Assembly: GCA_004431415.1 (NCBI GenBank)
Contig: QPMI01000646.1
Coordinates: forward strand, 1 to 44,514
Reading direction: 5' to 3'
Origin: Cyanophora paradoxa CCMP329
Lineage: Eukaryota; Plantae; Glaucophyta
DNA length: 44,514 bases
Of this stretch, positions 34,239 to 44,514 are shown piece by piece. The position numbers were made by a program, and so were the translations under genes. The notes under the pieces are model-generated. The model saw nothing but the letters and a program-made list of their open reading frames with translations. It ran no database searches and had not been told where the DNA came from. Position 1 is the stretch's first letter; each line of letters begins with the position of its first letter.

Positions 34239-34762
34239 AGCAGGCGATAAACCTGGCTCGAAATGCGTCACATGCTGGGCGTTAAATCCAACTGCCGCAG
34301 CGGCTGTCGTGGGGCTCCGACGAGGCCCATCGGAGACTTCATGCGCCGCATCAGCAATTCCTCTCTCCCTGTCGTCATCCGCGAGTCGATCGAACGTGCT
34401 AAAAGGTCAGCCTCGCGGTATTGATGCTGCACGGCATGGTAGAAAGTGCCGTATAATTATAATAAACCCGCTCCTGTACCGACCCGGACATCTTTCCGCG
34501 CGCCCACGCCGCGCCGCATGCGAGCAGGCGATCAACCTGGCTCGAAATGCATCACATGCTGGGCGTTAAATGCAACTGCCGCAGCTGCAGCGGCTGTCGT
34601 GCGGCTCGGACCACGCGCATCGGAGACTTCATGCGCCGCATCAGCAATTCCTCTCTCCCTGTCGTCATCCGCGAGTGGATTGAACGTGCTAAAAGGTGAG
34701 CCTCGCGGGTATTGATGCTGCACGGCATGGTAGAAAGTGCCGTATAATTATAATAAACCCGC
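34239..34762 (+). repeat. Direct repeat, ~235 bp x2
   Basis: GCAGGCGAT(A/C)AACCTGGCTCGAAATGC..TATAATTATAATAAACCCGC at about 34239-34471 and 34523-34762. Confidence 0.88.
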
Positions 34763-36663
34763 ATACATTACTCGCAATACGGTTTTTGAACCCAGTCGAT
34801 CACAGACATGAACTTAATGGGCACTCCATCTCTACAATTTCTGTACGGTACCGAACTGGTTATTCTGATATTTGCAGTTCTTGGTACGCGGATTTAGCGA
34901 CTGATATTGGCAGTCTTGAACTCGAATACAATAACATATTTGCAACAGAGGCAGTTGGCATAGCTTTGAAAAAAAAGAGAACTGCGAAGAATACATCGCT
35001 TCTCATTTTCACTTCCACAAATTCCCGCACGATGATGGAAACGGACAACTATCGGAATTCCAGTATATGCAACCGCAATAACAACCATAATTCACGTCTC
35101 GATTATATGCAACTCTCCGTTCATTATCACCTGCACAACAATTATATCAGGCATTTAATCTCGCATTTATGAACATGATTACGTTACAGACGTCAGTGCA
35201 GGAATTGGTATCATGCTGTTCAAGCGATACTGCCAATGGCATCTCAAGAAAACCGATTCGTTTGTCTTATCAGACACCGGCACTATTTCCGTGGCGACAG
35301 ACGCAGATTTGGGACTTGCATTGACACTTTTACTCGACATGTATTCGTCCACGTCCGCAAAAAGAAACCGTCTTTATCGAGGTAAGAATATAAAAGCGGT
35401 AATACGGACATTCATAAACGCTGTCTGAGACGTATTTACTCCCAGAATTGCGTGCCGTAATTATAAACGCCCGTCGTCATGAACGATACTGCACATGGAT
35501 TAAACAAATGCGATCGCGGATGTCAATATGTACGCATATATCTGCAGTCTAACAACGCGATTGTAAATAACGAATCTTGCGTCGTTGTCACAATTTCCAG
35601 TGCGGTGTACAGCAGCTCTGTTATTTTCTCCATCCATTACTGGCATATGGATTACATTGACGCTGTCAGGGAATCAGAAAAATCTTGCATTTGCCCTCCC
35701 TGCGGATGCGCCGTATGTTGAGCATATCCAGACCCCAGCACCTCACTGGACATTACCGGCTGCAGTCGGAATATTGTTGCTCTGTCTCTTCGTCTATATG
35801 GTCATAATTCCCACCTCTGCAAGTGCGCATTGAAATTCCTTCTAAATAACCACGAGCACAAATTACTGAAAATTTACAAGCGCATGTGTCGAACCGTGCC
35901 CATCCCATGGCCATCACGGAGCCAGTCAGAGATGATCGCAGACCGGAGCCCAATGCAGAAGAACCATCGGAACATGACGCAGATTTGATGGCACGCAGAC
36001 GTCGTGCACGCACTCTATCACCACCGCGTGTTCACATTGATCGAGAAATGTAGACATTGAAAATCGATCTACGCGTGAAGACATGACAATTCCGAGGGTT
36101 CCTGCAACAGAAAAGGGTATACATATTATGTAAGTTAATTGCATAACTCTATACTCTTAACTCGGTTTTAGAACGCGAACAACCATCAAAGTCAACGTTG
36201 CTGCCCGCATCCCCTACATCTGTTACATCAAATGCTGCCCGTGTGCAGCGCAGCAGAGCAAAGAGAGCAGGTACAAAAATATTTTTCAAATTTGCACCCC
36301 GTCATTGAGATAATTCTCGAAACAGTCAATCGCGAACATGCCAGTGACTCAGAGGCAATGCCAGTACGACATGTAAGCCAGGCGGCACAGTCACGAGCTT
36401 TGCGTGAACCTGTAAGCGTAACGCAGGTCATCATAGATTCATAGACATGTGCTCACCTTCCACGCAGCCTGCCGATACCACGTCCCCGGGAATAGTCGGC
36501 AATGTTGTGTGCCGCGAATGGAAATGGAACTCCACTGCAGTGGATCTCTGCGGACCTGAACTCAATGTCGAGCTTGCACTCGAAATTCCAACAGCCCATG
36601 AGGGCGCAGAATCAAGCCCCATTTCTCATTTGTCCAGATCTGCACTCGCGACGCATAAATCAA

Positions 36664-37119
36664 TTGATAGCACAGCATCAGCATTTGTGAAGCAGTACTA
36701 TCAACTTCTGCTCTCTCAACCGCATCAATTATATAGGTGTTACCGCGACGCCAGTGTCCACATGTGGATCAATGATGAACGATCCCATCGGAGCGCATAC
36801 GCTATCGGAATTCAGGTCATCCTTTTCAGATAGAACTCATTCGTTTCGGAAGTCAAACATCATGTCTTGCAGGCAATTGAGAAACGTATCGCTCGATTGC
36901 GCTTGGATCGTGCGTGGGCGCGTGTCGCAGCGGTGACAGCACATGAGGGACGCGCGCACAGCATCAATGTAACCGTTACCGGCTGGATGGGACAATCAGC
37001 TGCAACGGCACGATTATTCACGCAGTCTCTCGTGCTAGCACCGCTGAAAAACGGTTATTACATTGCGTCCGACGTGCTCTGCTTTCATCGTATACTTAAA
37101 GCGTCACCATCACATGAAG
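36664..37119 (+). CDS. NTF2-like domain (G3BP/Rasputin/Bre5 type), two exons; gene boundaries unresolved
   Basis: ASAFVKQYYQLL..PHQLYRCY..GIQ | intron 36816-36872 | AIEKRI..INVTVTGWM..RLFTQSLVLAPLKNGYYIASDVLCF. Confidence 0.8.
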
Positions 37120-37668
37120 GTCAGTTTCGTCTTGCCTGCCTATAATTGTCATTGCATACGCATCACTCACAGAAAATCAGGCGCGTCAACAGCGATTTCG
37201 CTGCAGAAACTCCGTCACGTGCTTCCATCTGTAATATCAGCCGGCACGATAACGCAGACTCTCGAACTCCTCAACATACCGTCTCATTTGCGTTACTCGC
37301 ACTGTGCAACGGTAACCGGACTAGCAGGAGGTGCAACTGTAATGGCGCTTGCAGCCGTCCATGGGGCGCCTTTTGCGGCAGTCTGGCACCTTCAACGAAC
37401 GTCAATAACGACGTTCACAGTCGTCGACGTACATGTGCACATGTGTAAACCGACGGTGACAACAACTTCAGCATTGCAATCGTCTATTCCGTGGCAATTA
37501 CCGTCCGAACTCCTAGCACCTCGTAAAGAATATCCACCTGGCCAGCCCGCTGTCACAGCCCCGGTGCATCACTTATTATCCAACGTAACTGGCCACATGT
37601 CGGTTCACAATTCACAATTGGCAGTCGAACTGTGCGTGCTACACTTCATACCTTGTCCATGTGCATAG

Positions 37669-40600
37669 TACATGCATCTGGACGTGAAGCGCTTCCTCTC
37701 GACGAGAATTTCACAGATAGTACCCGCTTCGCTCCAGGCACAATTCAAGGTGTCCCTGCTGGACGTCCGGCACGTCCTCTTCCTGCCGATCACGAATGGC
37801 TCGGCACCATACCGGTTTTTATTCCTCCTCGACCTACATTTCTCCATGGAGAAACGGACCTGCGACCTATAGCAGATACTGATCCGTGTAATTGTTACGA
37901 GCACACCGCTGTACGACGCGAACATTTACCTGCAAGACCGTCTGCATCTCGGCGTCCACTTGAACAGACAGGACATGCAGACGCAGATGCAGAGGCACGT
38001 GCAAAGCATACACACGGCCAACGGTCACAAGAACATGATCGTCGTGCGCGGCGATACCAGGACGAGAAGAATACCAAACCATTACACAGTGATGCGGGTC
38101 GCGACAGACGTGCAGCTATCCGTTCGGCCAAAAATGAACGCTCTCTCGCGTTCAAACTGAAATGCGTAAACACGTGGATCAGCGACTACGAGCACCCGAA
38201 TGAGCTACTGCACGACGTAATTGACGCAATCGCAAAAAAGCGGAGTAAATTTCCGCAGTTTCTTGAGGCGCTCAAGGACGCTATCATCGACATGCTGTAC
38301 AGTATGTGAATTTCAGTTCGGTTATGTGCATTTCGCCAGTAATGCTGTCCGCAGCTCTGTACCAGCCGATGGTGCCGTGTGATTGCTGCGGCGTCCGGGA
38401 CTACATCGACGATCTCCACCCCGAGACGCACCTCAACATATTGAAGCCCCACGGGATCGACGACGCCGCGATACGGCGCATTCAGGAGACGGAGGATTAC
38501 ATGCACAAGCTGGAAACCGGAACGTCAAAACCGCGGAAACCGTTGCTCTGCGCAATGTGCCACAGACACCGCGCAGAGCAAGGTGTCGATATCTGCGGGC
38601 TTTCAAAAGAGGTCCGAGTGTGTCTCTACCGGTCTCCAGTATGGTCATTGACCATCCCCGCACAGAACGGCATCCACCCGACACCGCCGTCGGAAGACCT
38701 CGCCAGGGAGGCAGCAGGCCTCACGTTTCCAGAGGCTGTCGTATGCAGTCCGGCCGTGTCGTTCGTGAACATCGCAACCACGCGCATCGGTCGGCAGCAG
38801 GCCGCGCACCCGAAGGTCACCATGGTTTACTCGCAGCCCGCCGAGCTCGTCGAATCGATGAAGCCCCTCGCGCCGCGAGACGCGATGATGTACGTGAACA
38901 TGGAGAAACCGACGGCGCCCGGGCACGACCGCAGGTTCACGAACTACTGGAGTTCAGCACTTCCAAGGTGAGAAGCGTCATGAAGCTGCTCGTCGCGGCC
39001 GGCAACAAGTGGTACCAGAAATGCGGATTCGACAAGCTCGACGACGCCTACTGGGACGAGGTCACTGCCAAAGAGACGACGTGGAAGCAAGAACTTGCGG
39101 AGGAAGAGCTGCGCGACCGCACCCCCGCACCGCCGCGAGTCGCCCGCAAGCGCGGACGCCAGCCCCACGTACCCGGAACCGGCGAGTCGGTGGACCTGAC
39201 AGCGGTACCGCACGCGGCGACGGGAACCGAGCCAGCAATCAGCGACGAGGAGGCGGAAGTTTCGGAAGAACCCGAAGTGCACGACGACGTTGGATACGAA
39301 ATCGCCAGTTCCGGAGCCCGTCGCCTGTTGACCGACGTAGGAGATCCCGTGTTGAAGCAATTCATGGAGTCGTCCTTGAAGCTCGCAATGTCAGCACGCC
39401 CTCCTCTGCCAACAGCAGAGCCGGAGGTCGGGCCGACACGTGACGCGTCAACAGCAAGGTCGACACGCGACACCGGATCCGAGGACGAAGCCGAGGACGC
39501 GCCCAGACGCGCCCCTCCCGATCTCGTCGACCTCGACAAGCTCGCGCAGATCAACAACAAGGACGTGGACGAGTTCGTGCAGCTTGCACGTGCTACGGCG
39601 CACGACGTCGATACAGAGGCCGCAGTGTACAGCGACCCCACCGGATTCGACATGCCTCAACAGCCGGCGACGCCCGCAGTCGTGCAGTCCGAGTATCACC
39701 ACAGGCTCATCGACGTTGCCACGGCGTTCGGCGAAGATGTTGCCGAACGTACTCGCACGTTGCCAATCCTCGATCGCGTCCACTTAAATTTCAGCAAGGG
39801 TGCAGAGTACTGCACAGCCCCATTTCCATTTGCGTTTCCAGACGGTGAGCACAGTGCACCGGCACCGCCGTCGATTTGTGATTTCGTGCAGACCGACATT
39901 GACCCTTTCTGAACACAGGCCGGCACGGACGGATAGGCGACCCTGCAGACCCTCTCGATCAACGCAAAGTACCGCTGTCGATCAGCAAGTACAACAAGTG
40001 GTTCCTGCTGTCCGACAAGGCACGCGCCCTTGTCGCCGACATCGGATTCTTCTTCGTCCAGGCGACGGATTATCTCAACCTCAAGGCTTACCAGAAGAGC
40101 AACTGTGCAATTCAGAGTCTCGAGCTCGACAAGTTGGAGGCGGCCGGTCACCCGGTGACGGCCGCGCACGTCATGGACCACCTCACCACCGCCGTCGATG
40201 ACCCCAGCGTTACCGTAGACTTTGTTAAGCGCCACCTCGTCCGCGCGACGCTGAATGCGGTGAGTCCGCAGCACACCCTTGACAACAATTTGCACATTAT
40301 TGCGTAACGCGCCCATCTCCAGGTGCCGGGATCGCACCAGCATCTCGAGACCGGTCACGGCCAGCTCATTGCTGCCGCACAGACGTACGGCCCGCCGCAG
40401 ATATGGTACACTATGAGCTTCAACGATCACGGTGACGCGAGTCTGTACAGAGCCATCGACCGCGAGAGGTTCCACAACCAGGCCGCAATCGATGCGCTAA
40501 GCGCAAACGAGAAGGACACGATCCTGAACTCGGAGTCCGGAATCGTTGTCCGTCACTATCAGCGGCGCTGGAACGCGTTGATCAAGCTGATGTACTCCGA

Positions 40601-43600
40601 AGGCGCGAGGGCGATGTTCGGCGGTTACAAGATGACAGGTCATTTCATCCGTCACGGCGAGCAGCAGCGGCGGACGTTGCATGGGCACCTCATCGGCTGG
40701 TGCGAAGGCATGCCTATGTACGACACGTGCGAGAAGCAGCACATGAAAGAGTACCTCGAATTCTTTGACAGCATCGTCAAGGCGGAGATCCCTCGACCTC
40801 CGAAGCCCGACGACCCAGCCGTCGAGGACAACCTTCACGTGCCCGATGCCCTTCGTCATGATTGGGCGACCGCGTTTCTCCGGAAGGTCATCCTCACGTT
40901 CAACATTCACCGACACAGCGGCACGTGCCGCATGACGAAGGCCAAGCAGGCACAGCACTATTCATCTTCCACGCGCAAGCGTCACGAAGAGCTCTTCGCC
41001 GCTGCAGCGCAGTTCAAGCCGACTCAGGAGTACACGAACCCGTTGCTCGAAGGATGCCAGCCCATCCACGGTGCTTCCGACAAGGACGCCCAGGAACTTG
41101 CCGACCTCGTCAAGAAGCTGAACAACGCCTGGTGGAGGGCGAGGAAGTGGTGCCGCTTCGGACTGCCAGGGCGCGCGTCCCGATACGCGAGACTCATGTG
41201 CGTGCTCAAGTTCTGCGATGACGTGCCCCCGGAACGATTCCTGACGAATACAAACGCACAGGTCGACGCCAGAACTCAAGAACGCGCAACGGGGCGACAG
41301 GCTACTGGTGCCGATGCGACGCACAGTAGAAGACTTGTTTGTGGCGCTGTTCAACGAGTGGCTGTCCCGCATTGCGCACTCCAACCTCTTCTTCGATCTC
41401 GTCGCGGACTTCGAAGCGATGGGAGCGTACATGTTCAAGTACGCACTGAAGGTACGGCCGTGCTCACGCGTCCCTGACAGACGTAGAACGTACTGAAACT
41501 CATTGTGCGCCCGCAGGTCGAACCGCAGGCATTGGAGAGCATATACGCTGCGCTCGCAAAGGCGGCCGAGAAGGGAGGCACCCTACGGAGCGCGATGGCG
41601 AAAGCGATTCGGAAGTCGCTCTCCCACCGCGAACTCGGCAGCCGGAGGCAGCTTTCCATATGCTCAACTACCCCATCTGGCACTCGTCGTTTCACGCCGC
41701 ACCGTACCGTGCATCCCTCCGGACAAGCGGACAAGACGTTCGTACCAGCGCGGCTTCATGCGACCGATCGCAACCGCAATCCTGGCGAGACGAAAATATT
41801 CGCAACAACGACATCGACTGGTACATGGAGAGGCCTGACGACCACTTCTGGAACGTGATGCCGCTGTACAAGTTTCTGCAATGGTTTGCTGTCGTCGCCA
41901 AGAAAGACGGATTCCAGCGACAAGATCGACATGTCTCCTTGGCACCAGCCACGTTGGAGACAGACGAACCGAATCGCATCACACCGACTCGCAACACAGT
42001 GGCGACGAGCCGGAGGATGACGAGGATGACGACGACGACATCCTGACTCAGACGCCCCGGAGTACCCTCAGCGCCAGATCGAACGCGAGCACCGCGAGGA
42101 GAAGCACGGCAGGCCAACGACGTGGTATGGACCCGCTCTGCAGCGATGGCTGCGTGAAGACGCTCTGTCGACGAAGAGTGGCGACAGCTACAGAAGACGC
42201 GCCGCTCTGATCCCGACGGAGAGAGGTGCACGCCGTGCTTCAACACCGCGAGCGCAAAAACAGCTACGGATGCGACGGCAACCCATGCCAGTTGTGATGC
42301 CGTTCAACGTCCACTCCGCAAGTGCCAAGTACGCGCCGCTCCTCTTCTACCACCCGTTCCGCAACGAGTGACGACCTGCTCGACATGCCGCTCGTGCGGA
42401 AGTCACCGACGCATCCTTGCGGCGCGATGACAAAAGCACGGAAGCAACAATCACGCGCCACGCCTCGCTGCAAGCGACAACATCCGCGTGCGCATGGAAG
42501 AATCATCAGCCGATCACCGACATTCCAACATGACGGCGACGGGCGCAATCGTGACGGAACACGCGGAGCCCGCACCATCAGAAACGCAGCGAGCAGCTTG
42601 GGAGCGGACTCCCGCCCATCGTTTCAGCCTGCATCCGTTGAAACGAACAGGCGTCCTACGAGCGCATGTGTCATTCACCCTCCGCTGAAGCGGGACCGCG
42701 ACCGTCCGTTCAGGCAGCCCCACCGTCATCCCGAGCTCCACTCGTGTCGCCCGACGACCTGAAGCCGAGCAACGCGAAATCTACGACAAGATGGTGAAAT
42801 ACTTCCAGCTCAGACGCAAAGCGGAAGCGCTGAGGCAAGAGCTATGCGATACAGGCGCGATGCGGAGGGCGGCCAAACTGCCGGAGATTCTCAAGTGCTG
42901 TACATGCCTGCGGCCGCGCTTCTTCGTCACAGGAGAGCGGTGCGGAAAGACCGTCCTACTCCGCTGCATCGAACACGCTGCGAACCAGTACAATTTGTGA
43001 TGCGGACAGGAGCCCTCCCTCACGCCGCTGCACCGTTGCAGCACCGTTCGTTCCGCAGGCTTCAACGCAGGTGGGCACCATGCACACCCGCTTCCACCTC
43101 CAGACGCACCTCTCCGGCAAGCGCGACCAGATCAAGCACAGCAGCTTCACAATCGACAAGCTCGACTCGAGCTGCAGAAGACTACGTCCTGCAGATCGAC
43201 GAGATCATGTCTGCTGGACGAACATTCTTCTACTCGTTCAAGACGGCCCTGGAGGACGCCATGTGCGGACGAGAAGCCGTCGGCGACCCGGAGACTGGTT
43301 GCACCGCCCTCTTCCGCAGTACCAGGTCGGACCCGACGGAAGGACCCGTGATGCAACGCTACCCATTCGGAGGCTTGGCAATCATCACGTACGGGACGCG
43401 CCCAGTCCGCGTCATGTCGCAGTCGTTGTGGGAACATTGTTGCGGCACGGAAGGACATTACGATGCAGAATGACGTCAAGTGGCACACCCCAAACCTGCA
43501 CACCTTCCTCAGCTACTTCACGGCTCACGTCCTGCCCTCGTCGATGCGGCACCTGGCGGATCCAGAACTTGGCCAAATCCTCAACTGGTTTCGAGACGGG

Positions 43601-44514
43601 GATCCGGACCACGTCGACGACGTCTACCACTACCTTCTCCGCCGGTGCCTGGACCTCAACAACGATCTCGGCGACGACAACGAGAATGCCATCCACAACA
43701 CGCTGACCAAGAACCAAGACCCCACGTGGGACGAAGCGTACCACATGTTCCTCACGAACAAGCTCGCAGAGCAGCACAACGACGCGATGATCCGACGGCA
43801 CCACGCCCAGTACCGCGACCCTGTCCTCAAGATCGTCGCCAAGGACACGCATCCGCGCGAGCACATCAAGAAGTGCGAGAGCGTGGACGCGTACGGCGAG
43901 AGGATCCCATGCACGAACGAGCAAGGAAGCATCCCCCACAAGGTCATGGTGACGGGGGGCATCAAGGTCATGCTTAGACAGAACCGCGACACGGACGACG
44001 GCCTCGTCAACGGCGCCATCGGACTGCTTGCCGGTTACAAATGGCGAGACCACACGGAGACGCCCGACTACATCAGTCAGCACGCGACGGAGTTCACACC
44101 GGACACGCCGCTCGTGCTCGAACACGCTGCACCGGATCTCGTCCAGCACGAGCTCGACACTGCGGACCGTGCCCCCAAGCCCGAGCCGGAACCCGAACCT
44201 GAACCCGAGCCCGAGCCAGGACCTTCGGACCGGAAGAAGAGCAAGCCAAAGGTCAGCAAGGACAACATTGTACGGGCCGCAGCGGCAGCGACGAGGCAGA
44301 AGAAACAGAGCATAGAGGCGAAGGTGGAGCAGCTCCCGCATCCGCACCTCATGCCCCCCATGACGTACTACATCTACTTCCACGATGACCGCGTCGGCCG
44401 GCGTGCAATCACGGAACGCTGCCAGCTCCCCGACGGTCGAATCGTCGACGCCGTCGAAATCAACGTCGAGCCCAGAAATGCTGGTGAGCCGCTGCATTCG
44501 TCAGCACGATCGTG
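37669..44514 (+). pseudogene. Helitron/Helentron RepHel gene (DUF6570-like region, HUH Rep, PIF1 helicase) with introns and multiple frameshifts; truncated by the window end
   Basis: CDCC..LCAMC..NG..LTFPE; KVRSVMKLL..NKWY; FPFAFPDG; YGPPQIWYTMS; HUH motif EQQRRTLHGH; HRHSGTC; CRFGLP; YMFKYALK; helicase FFVTG..GKT, LQIDEI, PFGGLAII, KVMLRQNRDTDDGLVNGAIG. Frameshifts may be assembly errors. Start coordinate is approximate. Confidence 0.85.

Larger units (their letters stand above)
30507..44514 (+). mobile_element. Long Helentron-type element copy C, possibly the autonomous partner; 3' end beyond the window
   Basis: Same 5' terminus and subTIR (30514-30524) as copies A and B; homology to copy A continues to about 31900; the core motif recurs at about 34490; no 3' subTIR or hairpin seen before the same-strand RepHel gene. 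That all of this is one element is inferred. Confidence 0.55.

Noticed and set aside
34770-36230. Possible cargo gene with a C-terminal transmembrane segment (ORF 35585-35833)
   Set aside because: No recognisable family and no consistent exon model.
38900-44100. Programmed frameshifting in RepHel
   Set aside because: Shifts are numerous and irregular, and the window shows homopolymer indels elsewhere. Sequencing error or decay is simpler.
43412-44497. 361-aa minus-strand ORF and similar antisense ORFs at 39000-42300
   Set aside because: Antisense shadows of the GC3-rich RepHel coding strand.

Overview
Left end of a eukaryotic (probably protist) chromosome. About 7.7 kb of (CCCTAA)n telomere ends only ~100 bp from the stop codon of an intron-rich USP48-like deubiquitinase gene (minus strand), which is head-to-head with a two-domain universal stress protein (Usp) gene. 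The rest is nested mobile DNA. The main find is a complete, very compact (10,435 bp) endogenous Polinton-like virus at 17624-28058. It has 5'-AG..CT-3' termini, 526/538-bp TIRs and a 5-bp CGCGC target-site duplication. It encodes an rve integrase with an apparent D-D-D triad, one 1362-aa protein that appears to fuse a divergent family-B polymerase, an SF1 helicase and an HNH-like nuclease, a penton, a major capsid protein resembling the NCLDV type, and an A32-like packaging ATPase. No protease is recognisable. The virus is inserted in one of three copies of a Helentron/HINE-type rolling-circle element (11-bp subTIR GGCGAAGCCTC, 3' hairpin, CTTGT end). The third copy follows a 1.8-kb segmental duplication and runs into tandem arrays, an NTF2/G3BP-like domain and a frameshifted RepHel gene cut by the window end. 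All protein calls come from motif recognition by eye; no searches were run. Homopolymer indels suggest residual long-read errors.
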